Shown here: piece by piece, positions 46,001 to 61,000 of the stretch | How the letters are laid out: each line of letters starts with the position of its first letter | Numbering within the stretch: position 1 is the stretch's first letter | Source of the DNA: Eledone cirrhosa | Lineage: Eukaryota | DNA: 64,000 nt | Assembly: GCA_964016885.1 (NCBI GenBank) | Contig: OZ024741.1 | Span: 13,516,001-13,580,000 of the forward strand | Direction: 5' to 3' | The notes under the pieces: model-generated | Told to the model about the DNA's origin: nothing | Seen by the model: only the letters and a program-made list of their open reading frames with translations | Database searches by the model: none | Translations under genes and position numbers: made by a program

Positions 46001-49000
46001 CACTACCTAGGTTAACACCACAAGGTTTACACTACCGAGGATAACACTACCTAGGTTAACACTACCTAGGTTTACACTACCAAGGTGAACACTACCAAGG
46101 TTAACACTACCTAGGTTAACACTACCTAGGTTAACTCTACCAAGGTTAACACTACCTAGGGTAACACTACCAAGGTTAACACTACCTAGGTGAACACTAC
46201 CAAGGTTAACACTACCAAGGTTAACACTACCTAGGTTAACACTACCAAGGTTAACACTACCAAGGTTAACACTACCAAGGTTAACACTACCTAGGCTAAC
46301 ACTACCAAGGTTAACACTACCAAGGTTAACACTACCAAGGTTAACACTACCTAGGTTAACACTACCTAGGTTAACACTACCTAGGTTAACACTACCTAGG
46401 TTAACACTACCTAGGTTAACACTACCAAGGTTATTACTACCTAGGTTAACACTACCAAAGGTTAACACTACCTAGGTTAACACTACAAAGGTTAAGACTA
46501 CCTAGGTTAACACTACCTAGGTTAACACTACCTAGGTTAACACTACCAAGGTTAACACTACCTAGGTTAACACTACCAAGGTTAACACTACCTAGGTTAA
46601 CACTAGCAAGGTTTACACTACCTTGGTTAACACTACCTAGGTTAACACTACCTAGGTTAACACTATCAAAGGTTAACACTACCAAGGTTAACACTACTAA
46701 GGTTAACACTACCTAGGTTAATACTACCAAGGTTAATACTACCAAGGTTAACACTACCTAGGTTAACACTACCAAGGTTAACACTACCAAGGTTAACACT
46801 ACCAAAGGTTAACACTACCAAGGTTAACACTACCAAGGTTAACACTACCAAGGTTAACACTACCTAGGTTAACACTACCAAGGTTAATGCTACCAAGGTT
46901 AACACTACCTAGGTTAACACTACCAAGGTTAACACTACCAAAAGTTAACACTACCAAGGTTAACACTACCAAGGTTAACACTACCAAGGTTAACACTACC
47001 TAGGTTAATACTACCTAGGTTAATGCTACCAAGGTTAACACTACCTAGGTTAACACTACCAAGGTTAACACTACCAAGGTTAACACTACCAAAAGTTAAC
47101 ACTACCAAGGTTAACACTACCAAGGTTAACACTACCAAGGTTAACACTACCTAGGTTAACACTACCAAGGTTAACACTACCTAGGTTAACACCACAAGGT
47201 TAACACTACCAAGGTTAACACTACCAAGGTTAACACTACCTAGGTTAACACTACCAAGGTTAATACTACCTAGGTTAACACTACCAAAGTTTAACACTAC
47301 CTAGGTTAACACTGCAAAGGTTAAGACTACCTAGGTTAACACTACCTAGGTTAACACTACCTAGGTTAACACTACCAAGGTTAACACTACCTAGGTTAAC
47401 ACTACCAAGGTTAACACTACCTAGGTTAACACTACCAAGGTTAACACTACCTAGGTTAACACTACCAAGGTTAACACTACCTAGGTTAACACTAGCAAGG
47501 TTTACACTACCTTGGTTAACACTACCTAGGTTAACACTACCTAGGTTAACACTACCAAGGTTAACACTATCAAAGGTTAACACTACCAAGGTTAACACTA
47601 CTAAGGTTAACACTACCTAGGTTAATACTACCAAGGTTAATACTACCAAGGTTAACACTACCTAGGTTAACACTACCAAGGTTAACACTACCAAGGTTAA
47701 CACTACCAAAAGTTAACACTACCAAGGTTAACACTACCAAGGTTAACACTACCTAGGTTAATACTACCAAGGTTAATGCTACCAAGGTTAACACTACCTA
47801 GGTTAACACTACCAAGGTTAACACTACCAAAGGTTAACACTACCAAGGTTAACACTACCTAGGTTAACACTACCAAGGTTAACACTACCAAAGGTTAACA
47901 CTACCAAGGTTAACACTACCTAGGTTAACACTACCAAGGTTAACACTACCAAAGGTTAACACTACCAAGGTTAACACTACCTAGGTTAATACTACCAAGG
48001 TTAACACTACCAAGGTTAACACTACCAAAAGTTAACACTACCAAGGTTAACACTACCAAGGTTAACACTACCAAGGTTAACACTACCTAGGTTAATACTA
48101 CCAAGGTTAATGCTACCAAGGTTAACACTACCTAGGTTAACACTACCAAGGTTAACACTACCAAAAGTTAACACTACCAAGGTTAACACTACCAAGGTTA
48201 ACACTACCTAGGTTAACACTACCAAGGTTAACACTACCTAGGTTGATACTACCAAGGTTAACACTACCTAGGTTAACACCACAAGGTTAACACTACCAAG
48301 GTTAACACTACCAAGGTTAACACTACCTAGGTTAACACTACCAAAGGTTAACACTACCTAGGTTTACACTACCAAGGTTAACACTACCTAGGTTTGCACT
48401 ACCTAGGTTAACACTACCTAAATTAACACTACTTAGGTTAACACTACCAAGGTTAACACTACCAAGGTTAACACTACCTAGGTTAACACTACCTAGGTTT
48501 ACACTACCAAGGTTAACACTGCCTAGGTTAATTCTACCAAGGTTAACACTACCTACGTTAACACTACCAAGGTTAACACTACCTAGGTTAACACTACCTA
48601 GGTTAACACTACCTAGGTTAACACTACCAAGGTTAACACTACCAAGGTTAACACTACCAAGGTTAACACTACCTAGGTTAATACTACCAAGGTTAACACT
48701 ACCTAGGTTAACACTACCAAGGTTAAGACTACCTAGGTTAACACTACCAAAGGTTAACACTACCTAGGTTAACACTACCTAGGTTAACACTACCTAGGTT
48801 TACACTACCAAGGTTAACACTACCTAGGTTTGCACTACCTAGGTTTGCACTACCTAGGTAACACTACCTAGGTTAACACTACCAAGGTTAACACTGCCAA
48901 GGTTAACACTACCAAGGTTAACACTACCTAGGTTAACACTACCTAGGTTTACACTACCAAGGTTAACACTACCTAGGTTAACACTACCAAGGTTAACACT

Positions 49001-52000
49001 ACCTAGGTTTACACTACCAAGGTTAACACTATCAAGGTTAACACTACCTAGGTTAACACTACCAAGGTTAACACTACCTAGGTTAACACTACCTAGGTTA
49101 ACACTACCAAGGTTAAGACTACCAAAGGTTAACACGACCAAGGTTAACACTACCAAGGTTAACACTACCAAGGTTAACACTACCAAGGTTAACACTACCT
49201 AGGTTAACACTACCTAGGTTAACACTACCTAGGTTAACACTACCTAGGTTAACACTACCTAGGTTAACACTACCAAGGTTAACACTACCAAGGTTAACAC
49301 TACCAAGGTTAACACTACCTAGGTTAACACTACCTAGGTTTACAATACCAAGGTTAACACTACCTAGGTGAACACTACCAAGGTTAACACTACCAAGGTT
49401 AACACTACCTAGGTTAACACTACCTAGGTTTACACTACCGAGGATAACACTACCTAGGTTAACACTACCTAGGTTTACACTACCAAGGTTAACACTACCA
49501 AGGTTAACACTACCTAGGTTAACACTACCTAAATTAACTCTACCAAGGTTAACACTACCTAGGGTAACACTACCTAGGTTAACACTACCAAAGTTAACAC
49601 TACCAAGGTTAACACTACCTAGGTTAACACTACCAAGGTTAACACTACATAGGTTAACACTACCAAGGTTAACACTACCAAGGTTAACACTACCTAGGGT
49701 AACACTACCTAGGTTTACACTACCAAGGTTAACACTACCTAGGTTTACACTACCAAGGTTAACACTACCTAGGTTAACACTACCAAGGTTAACACTACCA
49801 AGGTTAACACTACCAAGGTTAACACTACCAAGGTTAACACTACATAGGTTAACACTACCAAGGTTAACACTACCAAGGTTAACACTACCTAGGGTAACAC
49901 TACCTAGGTTTACACTACCAAGGTTAACACTACCTAGGTTTACACTACCAAGGTTAACACTACCTAGGTTAACACTACCAAGGTTAACACTACCAAGGTT
50001 AACACTACCAAGGTTAACACTACCTAGGCTAACACTACCAAGGTTAACACTACCAAGGTTAACACTACCTAGGTTAACACTACCTAGGTTAACACTACCT
50101 AGGTTAACACTACCTAGGTTAACACTACCTAGGTTAACACTACCAAGGTTAACACTACCTAGGTTTGCACTACCTAGGTTAACACTACCTAGGTTAACAC
50201 TACCTAGGTTAACACTACCAAGGTTAACACTACCAAGGTTAACACTACCAAGGTTAACACTACCAATGTTAACACTACCTAGGTTAACACTACCTAGGTT
50301 AACACTACCAATGTTAACACTACCTAGGTTAACACTACCAAGTTTAACACTACCAAGGTTAACACTACCAAGGTTAACACTACCTAGGTTAACACTACCA
50401 AGGTTAACACTACCAAGGTTAACACTACCTAGGTTAACACAACAAGGTTAACACTACCTAGGTTAACACTAGCAAGGTTTACACTACCTTGGTTAACACT
50501 ACCTAGGTTAACACTACCAAGGTTAACACTAACAAGGTTAACACTACCAAGGTTAATACTACCTAGGTTAACACTACCAAGGTTAACACTACCAAGGTTA
50601 ACACTACCTAGGTTAATACTACCAAGGTTAACACTACCAAGGTTAACACTACCAAGGTTAACACTACCAAGGTTAATACTACCAAGGTTGACACAACCAA
50701 GGTTAATACTACCTAGGTTAACACTACCAAAGATAACACTACCAAGGTTAACACTACCAAGGTTAACACTACCAAGGTTAATACTACCAAGGTTAGCACT
50801 ACCAAGGTTAACACTACCAAGGTTAACACTACCAAGGTTAATACTACCAAGGTTAACTCTACCTAGGTTAACACTACCTAGGTTAACACTACCAAGGTTA
50901 ACACTACCAAGGTTAACACTACCAAGGTTAACACTACCAAGGTTAACAGTACCTAGGTTAACAGTACCAAGGTTAACACTACCTAGGTTAACACTACCAA
51001 GGTTAACACTGCCTAGGTTAACACTACCTAGGTTAACACTACCTAGGTTAACACTACCTAGGTTAACACTACCTAGGTTTACACTACCAAGGTTAACACT
51101 ACCTAGGTTTGCACTACCTAGGTTAACACTACCTAAATTAACACTACTTAGGTTAACACTACCAAGGTTAACACTACCAAGGTTAACACTACCTAGGTTA
51201 ACACTACCTAGGTTTACACTACCAAGGTTAACACTGCCTAGGTTAATTCTACCAAGGTTAACACTACCTACGTTAACACTACCAAGGTTAACACTACCTA
51301 GGTTAACACTACCTAGGTTAACACTACCTAGGTTAACACTACCAAGGTTAACACTACCAAGGTTAACACTACCAAGGTTAACACTACCTAGGTTAATACT
51401 ACCAAGGTTAACACTACCAAGGTTAACACTACCAAGGTTAACACTACCTAGGTTAACACTACCTAGGTTAACACTACCAAGGTTAACACTACCTAGGTTA
51501 ACACTACCAAGGTTAACACTACCAAGGTTAAGACTACCAAAGATTAACACTACCTAGGTTAACACTACCAAGGTTAACACTACCTAGGTTAACACTACCA
51601 AGGTTAAGACTACCTAGGTTAACACTACCAAAGGTTAACACTACCTAGGTTAACACTACCTAGGTTAACACTACCTAGGTTTACACTACCAAGGTTAACA
51701 CTACCTAGGTTTGCACTACCTAGGTTTGCACTACCTAGGTAACACTACCTAGGTTAACACTACCAAGGTTAACACTGCCAAGGTTAACACTACCAAGGTT
51801 AACACTACCTAGGTTAACACTACCTAGGTTTACACTACCAAGGTTAACACTACCTAGGTTAACACTACCAAGGTTAACACTACCTAGGTTTACACTACCA
51901 AGGTTAACACTATCAAGGTTAACACTACCTAGGTTAACACTACCAAGGTTAACACTACCTAGGTTAACACTACCTAGGTTAACACTACCAAGGTTAAGAC

Positions 52001-55000
52001 TACCAAAGGTTAACACGACCAAGGTTAACACTACCAAGGTTAACACTACCAAGGTTAACACTACCAAGGTTAACACTACCTAGGTTAACACTACCTAGGT
52101 TAACACTACCTAGGTTAACACTACCTAGGTTAACACTACCTAGGTTAACACTACCAAGGTTAACACTACCAAGGTTAACACTACCTAGGTTAACACTACC
52201 TAGGTTTACAATACCAAGGTTAACACTACCTAGGTGAACACTACCAAGGTTAACACTACCAAGGTTAACACTACCTAGGTTAACACTACCTAGGTTTACA
52301 CTACCGAGGATAACACTACCTAGGTTAACACTACCTAGGTTTACACTACCAAGGTTAACACTACCAAGGTTAACACTACCTAGGTTAACACTACCTAAAT
52401 TAACTCTACCAAGGTTAACACTACCTAGGGTAACACTACCTAGGTTAACACTACCAAAGTTAACACTACCAAGGTTAACACTACCTAGGTTAACACTACC
52501 AAGGTTAACACTACATAGGTTAACACTACCAAGGTTAACACTACCTAGGGTAACACTACCTAGGTTTACACTACCAAGGTTAACACTACCTAGGTTTACA
52601 CTACCAAGGTTAACACTACCTAGGTTAACACTACCAAGGTTAACACTACCAAGGTTAACACTACCAAGGTTAACACTACCTAGGCTAACACTACCAAGGT
52701 TAACACTACCAAGGTTAACACTACCTAGGTTAACACTACCTAGGTTAACACTACCTAGGTTAACACTACCTAGGTTAACACTACCTAGGTTAACACTACC
52801 AAGGTTAACACTACCTAGGTTTGCACTACCTAGGTTAACACTACCTAGGTTAACACTACCTAGGTTAACACTACCAAGGTTAACACTACCAAGGTTAACA
52901 CTACCAAGGTTAACACTACCAATGTTAACAGTACCTAGGTTAACACTACCTAGGTTAACACTACCAATGTTAACACTACCTAGGTTAACACTACCAAGTT
53001 TAACACTACCAAGGTTAACACTACCAAGGTTAACACTACCTAGGTTAACACTACCAAGGTTAACACTACCAAGGTTAACAGTACCTAGGTTAACACAACA
53101 AGGTTAACACTACCTAGGTTAACACTAGCAAGGTTTACACTACCTTGGTTAACACTACCTAGGTTAACACTACCAAGGTTAACACTAACAAGGTTAACAC
53201 TACCAAGGTTAATACTACCTTGGTTAACACTACCAAGGTTAACACTACCAAGGTTAACACTACCTAGGTTAATACTACCAAGGTTAACACTACCAAGGTT
53301 AACACTACCAAGGTTAACACTACCAAGGTTAATACTACCAAGGTTAGCACTACCAAGGTTAACACTACCAAGGTTAACACTACCAAGGTTAACACTACCA
53401 AGGTTAATACTACCAAGGTTAACTCTACCTAGGTTAACACTACCTAGGTTAACACTACCAAGGTTAACACTACCAAGGTTAACACTACCAAGGTTAACAC
53501 TACCAAGGTTAACAGTACCTAGGTTAACAGTACCAAGGTTAACACTACCTAGGTTAACACTACCAAGGTTAACACTGCCTAGGTTAACACTACCTAGGTT
53601 AACACTACCAAGGTTAACACTACCAAGGTTAACACTACCTAGGTTAATATTACCAAGGTTAACACTACCAAGGTTAATACTACCTAGGTTAATACTACCA
53701 AGGTTAACACTACCTAGGTTAATACTACCAAGGTTAACACTACCTAGGTTAACACTACCAAGGTTAACACTACCTAGGTTAACACTACCTAGGTTAACAT
53801 TACCTAGGTTAACACTACCAAGGTTAACACTACCAAGGTTAACACTACCAAGGTTAACACTACCTAGGTTAACACTACCAAGGTTAACACTACCTAGGTT
53901 AACACTACCTAGGTTAAGATTACCTAGGTTAACACTACCAAGGTTAACACTACCAAGGTTAACACTACCAAGGTTAACACTACCTAGGTTAACACCACAA
54001 GGTTAACACTACCTAGGTTAACACTAGCAAGGTTTACACTACCTAGGTTAACACTACCTAGGTTAACACTACCTAGGTTAAAACTACCAAGGTTAACACT
54101 ACCAAGGTTAACACTAACAAGGTTAACACTACCAAGGTTAACACTAGCAAGGTTAACACTACCAAGGTTAACACTACCTAGGTTAACACTACCTAGGTTT
54201 ACACTACCAAGGTTAACACTACCTAGGTGAACACTACCAAGGTTAACACTACCAAGGTTAACACTACCAAGGTTAACACTACCAAGGTTAACACTACCTA
54301 GGTTAACACTACCTAGGTTTACACTACCGAGGATAACACTACCTAGGTTAACACTACCTAGGTTTACACTACCAAGGTTAACACTACCAAGGTTAACACT
54401 ACCTAGGTTAACACTACCTAGGTTAACTCTACCAAGGTTAACACTACCTAGGGTAACACTACCAAGGTTAACACTACCTAGGTGAACACTACCAAGGTTA
54501 ACACTACCAAGGTTAACACTACCAAGGTACACACTACCAAGGTTAACACTACCTAGGTTAACACTACCAAGGTTAACACTACCAAGGTTAACACTACCAA
54601 GGTTAACACTACCAAGGTTAACACTACCTAGACTAACACTACCAAGGTTAACACTACCAAGGTTAACACTACCTAGGTTAACACTACCTAGGTTAACACT
54701 ACCTAGGTTAACACTACCTAGGTTAACACTACCTAGGTTAACACTACCAAGGTTAATACTACCTAGGTTAACACTACCAAAGGTTAACACTACCTAGGTT
54801 AACACTACAAAGGTTAAGACTACCTAGGTTAACACTACCTAGGTTAACACTACCTAGGTTAACACTACCAAGGTTAACACTACCTAGGTTAACACTACCA
54901 AGGTTAACACTACCTAGGTTAACACTAGCAAGGTTTACACTACCTTGGTTAACACTACCTAGGTTAACACTACCTAGGTTAACACTACCAAGGTTAACAC

Positions 55001-58000
55001 TATCAAAGGTTAACACTACCAAGGTTAACACTACTAAGGTTAACACTACCTAGGTTAATACTACCAAGGTTAATACTACCAAGGTTAACACTACCTAGGT
55101 TAACACTACCAAGGTTAACACTACCAAGGTTAACACTACCAAAAGTTAACACTACCAAGGTTAACACTACCAAGGTTAACACTACCAAGGTTAACACTAC
55201 CTAGGTTAACACTACCAAGGTTAATGCTACCAAGGTTAACACTACCTAGGTTAACACTACCAAGGTTAACACTACCAAGGTTAACACTACCAAAAGTTAA
55301 CACTACCAAGGTTAACACTACCAAGGTTAACACTACCAAGGTTAACACTACCTAGGTTAATACTACCAAGGTTAATGCTACCAAGGTTAACACTACCTAG
55401 GTTAACACTACCAAGGTTAACACTACCAAGGTTAACACTACCAACAGTTAACACTACCAAGGTTAACACTACCAAGGTTAACACTACCAAGGTTAACACT
55501 ACCTAGGTTAACACTACCAAGGTTAACACTACCTAGGTTAACACCACAAGGTTAACACTACCAAGGTTAACACTACCAAGGTTAACACTACCTAGGTTAA
55601 CACTACCAAAGGTTAACACTACCTAGGTTAACACTACCAAGGTTAACACTACCTAGGTTAACACCACAAGGTTTACACTACCGAGGATAACACTACCTAG
55701 GTTAACACTACCTAGGTTTACACTACCAAGGTTTACACTACCAAGGTTAACACTACCAAGGTTAACACTACCTAGGTTAACACTACCTAGGTTAACTCTA
55801 CCAAGGTTAACACTACCTAGGGTAACACTACCAAGGTTAACACTACCTAGGTGAACACTACCAAGGTTAACACTACCAAGGTTAACACTACCAAGGTTAA
55901 CACTACCTAGGTTAACACTACCAAGGTTAACACTACCAAGGTTAACACTACCAAGGTTAACACTACCTAGGCTAACACTACCAAGGTTAACACTACCAAG
56001 GTTAACACTACCTAGGTTAACACTACCTAGGTTAACACTACCTAGGTTAACACTACCTAGGTTAACACTACCTAGGTTAACACTACCAAGGTTATTACTA
56101 CCTAGGTTAACACTACCAAAGGTTAACACTACCTAGGTTAACACTACAAAGGTTAAGACTACCTAGGTTAACACTACCTAGGTTAACACTACCTAGGTTA
56201 ACACTACCAAGGTTAACACTACCTAGGTTAACACTACCAAGGTTAACACTACCTAGGTTAACACTAGCAAGGTTTACACTACCTTGGTTAACACTACCTA
56301 GGTTAACACTACCTAGGTTAACACTATCAAAGGTTAACACTACCAAGGTTAACACTACTAAGGTTAACACTACCTAGGTTAATACTACCAAGGTTAATAC
56401 TACCAAGGTTAACACTACCTAGGTTAACACTACCAAGGTTAACACTACCAAGGTTAACACTACCAAAGGTTAACACTACCAAGGTTAACACTACCAAGGT
56501 TAACACTACCAAGGTTAACACTACCTAGGTTAACACTACCAAGGTTAATGCTACCAAGGTTAACACTACCTAGGTTAACACTACCAAGGTTAACACTACC
56601 AAAAGTTAACACTACCAAGGTTAACACTACCAATGTTAACACTACCAAGGTTAACACTACCTAGGTTAATACTACCTAGGTTAATGCTACCAAGGTTAAC
56701 ACTACCTAGGTTAACACTACCAAGGTTAACACTACCAAGGTTAACACTACCAAAAGTTAACACTACCAAGGTTAACACTACCAAGGTTAACACTACCAAG
56801 GTTAACACTACCTAGGTTAACACTACCAAGGTTAACACTACCTAGGTTAACACCACAAGGTTAACACTACCAAGGTTAACACTACCAAGGTTAACACTAC
56901 CTAGGTTAACACTACCAAGGTTAATACTACCTAGGTTAACACTACCAAAGTTTAACACTACCTAGGTTAACACTACAAAGGTTAAGACTACCTAGGTTAA
57001 CACTACCTAGGTTAACACTACCTAGGTTAACACTACCAAGGTTAACACTACCTAGGTTAACACTACCAAGGTTAACACTACCTAGGTTAACACTACCAAG
57101 GTTAACACTACCTAGGTTAACACTACCTAGGTTAACACTAGCAAGGTTTACACTACCTTGGTTAACACTACCTAGGTTAACACTACCTAGGTTAACACTA
57201 CCAAGGTTAACACTATCAAAGGTTAACACTACCAAGGTTAACACTACTAAGGTTAACACTACCTAGGTTAATACTACCAAGGTTAATACTACCAAGGTTA
57301 ACACTACCTAGGTTAACACTACCAAGGTTAACACTACCAAGGTTAACACTACCAAAAGTTAACACTACCAAGGTTAACACTACCAAGGTTAACACTACCT
57401 AGGTTAATACTACCAAGGTTAATGCTACCAAGGTTAACACTACCTAGGTTAACACTACCAAGGTTAACACTACCAAAGGTTAACACTACCAAGGTTAACA
57501 CTACCTAGGTTAACACTACCAAGGTTAACACTACCAAAGGTTAACACTACCAAGGTTAACACTACCTAGGTTAACACTACCAAGGTTAACACTACCAAAG
57601 GTTAACACTACCAAGGTTAACACTACCTAGGTTAATACTACCAAGGTTAACACTACCAAGGTTAACACTACCAAAAGTTAACACTACCAAGGTTAACACT
57701 ACCAAGGTTAACACTACCAAGGTTAACACTACCTAGGTTAATACTACCAAGGTTAATGCTACCAAGGTTAACACTACCTAGGTTAAAACTACCAAGGTTA
57801 ACACTACCAAGGTTAACACTACCAAAAGTTAACACTACCAAGGTTAACACTACCAAGGTTAACACTACCTAGGTTAACACTACCAAGGTTAACACTACCT
57901 AGGTTGATACTACCAAGGTTAACACTACCTAGGTTAACACCACAAGGTTAACACTACCAAGGTTAACACTACCAAGGTTAACACTACCTAGGTTAACACT

Positions 58001-61000
58001 ACCAAAGGTTAACACTACCTAGGTTAACACTACCAAGGTTAACACTACCTAGGTTAACACTACCAAGGTTAACACTACCTAGGTTAACACCACAAGGCTA
58101 ACACTACCAAGGTTAACACTACTAAGGTTAACACTACCAAGGTTAACACTACCAAGGTTAACACTACCTAGGTTAATACTACCAAGGTTAACACTACCTA
58201 GGTTAATACTACCAAGGTTAACACTACCAAAGGTTAACACTACCAAGGTTAACACTACCAAGGTTAACACTACCAATGTTAACACTACCAAGGTTAACAC
58301 TACCAAGGTTAACACTACCTAGGTTAATACTACCAAGGTTAACACTACCAAAGGTTAACACTACCAAGGTTATCACTACCAAGGTTAACACTACCAAGGT
58401 TAACACTACCTAGGTTAACACTACCAATGTTAACACTACCAAGGTTAACACTACCAAGGTTAACACTACCTAGGTTAACACTACCTAGGTTAATACTACC
58501 AAGGTTAACACTACCTAGGTTAATACTACCAATGTTAACACTACCAAGGTTAACACTACCTAGGTTAACACTACCTAGGTTAATACTACCAAGGTTAACA
58601 CTACCAAGGTTAACACTACCAAGGTTGACACTGCCAAGGTTAACACTACCAAGGTTAACACTACCAAGGTTAACACTACCTAGGTTAATACTACCAAGGT
58701 TAACACTACCAAAGGTTAACACTACCAAGGTTAACACTACCAAGGTTAACACTACCAAGGTTAACACTACCAAAGGTTAACACTACCTAGGTTAACACTA
58801 CCTAGGTCAATACTACCAAGGTTAATACTACTTAGGTTAATGCTACCAAGGTTAACACTACCTAGGTTAACACTACCAAGGTTAACACTACCAAGGTTAA
58901 CACTACCAAGGTTAACACTACCAAAAGTTAACACTACCAAGGTTAACACTACCAAGGTTAACGCTACCTAGGTTAACACTACCAAGGTTAACACTACCTA
59001 GGTTAACACTACCAAAGGTTAACACTACCTAGGTTAACACTACCTAGGTTAACACTACCTAGGTTTACACTACCAAGGTTAACACTACCTAGGTTAACAC
59101 TACCAAGGTTAACACTACCAAGGTTAACACTACCTAGGTTAACACTACCTAGGTTAACACTACCTAGGTTAACACTACCTAGGTTAACACTACCTAGGTT
59201 AACACTACCAAGGTTAATACTACCTAGGTTAACACTACCAAAGGTTAACACTACCTAGGTTAACACTACAACGGTTAAGACTACCTAGGTTAACACTACC
59301 TAGGTTAACACTACCTAGGTTAACACTACCAAGGTTAACACTACCTAGGTTAACACTACCAAGGTTAACACTACCTAGGTTAACACTACCAAGGTTAACA
59401 CTACCTAGGTTAACACTACCAAGGTTAACACTACCTAGGTTAACACTAGCAAGGTTTACACTAACTTGGTTAACACTACCTAGGTTAACACTACCTAGGT
59501 TAACACTACCAAGGTTAACACTATCAAAGGTTAACACTACCAAGGTTAACACTACCAAGGTTAACACTACCTAGGTTAACACTACCAAGGTTAACACTAC
59601 CAAGGTTAACACTACCAAAAGTTAACACTACCAAGGTTAACACTACCAAGGTTAACACTACCAAGGTTAACACTACCTAGGTTAACACTAGCAAGGTTTA
59701 CACTACCTTGGTTAACACTACCTAGGTTAACACTACCTAGGTTAACACTACCAAGGTTAACACTATCAAAGGTTAACACTACCAAGGTTAACACTACTAA
59801 GGTTAACACTACCTAGGTTAATACTACCAAGGTTAATACTACCAAGGTTAACACTACCTAGGTTAACACTACCAAGGTTAACACTACCAAGGTTAACACT
59901 ACCAAAAGTTAACACTACCAAGGTTAACACTACCAAGGTTAACACTACCAAGGTTAACACTACCTAGGTTAATACTACCAAGGTTAATACTACCAAGGTT
60001 AACACTACCTAGGTTAACACTACCAAGGTTAACACTACCAAGGTTAACACTACCAAAAGTTAACACTACCAAGGTTAACACTACCAAGGTTAACACTACC
60101 AAGGTTAACACTACCTAGGTTAATACTACCAAGGTTAATGCTACCAAGGTTAACACTACCTAGGTTAACACTACCTAGGTTAACACTACCAAGGTTAACA
60201 CTACCAAGGTTAACACTACCAAAAGTTAACACTACCAAGGTTAACACTACCAAGGTTAACACTACCAAGGTTAACACTACCTAGGTTAATACTACCAAGG
60301 TTAACACTACCAAGGTTAACACTACCAAAAGTTAACACTACCAAGGTTAACACTACCAAGGTTAACACTACCAAAAGTTAACACTACCAAGGTTAACACT
60401 ACCAAGGTTAACACTACCAAGGTTAACACTACCTAGGTTAACACTACCAAGGTTAACACTACCTAGGTTAACACCACAAGGTTAACACTACCAAGGTTAA
60501 CACTACCTAGGTTAACACTACCAAGGTTAACACTACCTAGGTTAACACCACAAGGTTAACATTACCAAGGTTAACACTACCTAGGTTAACACTACCAAGG
60601 TTAACACTACCTAGGTTAACACCACAAGGCTAACACTACCAAGGTTAACACTACCTAGGTTAATACTACCTAGGTTAACACTACCTAGGTTAACACCACA
60701 AGGTTAACACTACCAAGGTTAACACTACCAATGTTAACACTACCTAGGTTAACACTACCAAAGGTTAACACTACCTAGGTTAATACTACCAAGGTTAACA
60801 CTACCAAAGTTTAACACTACCAAGGTTAACACTACCAAGGTTAACACTACCAATGTTAACACTACCAAGGTTAACACTACCTAGGTTAACACTACCAAGG
60901 TTAACACTACCAAGGTTAACACTACCAATGTTAACACTACCAAGGTTAACACTACCAAGGTTAACACTACCTAGGTTAATACTACCAAGGTTAACACTAC

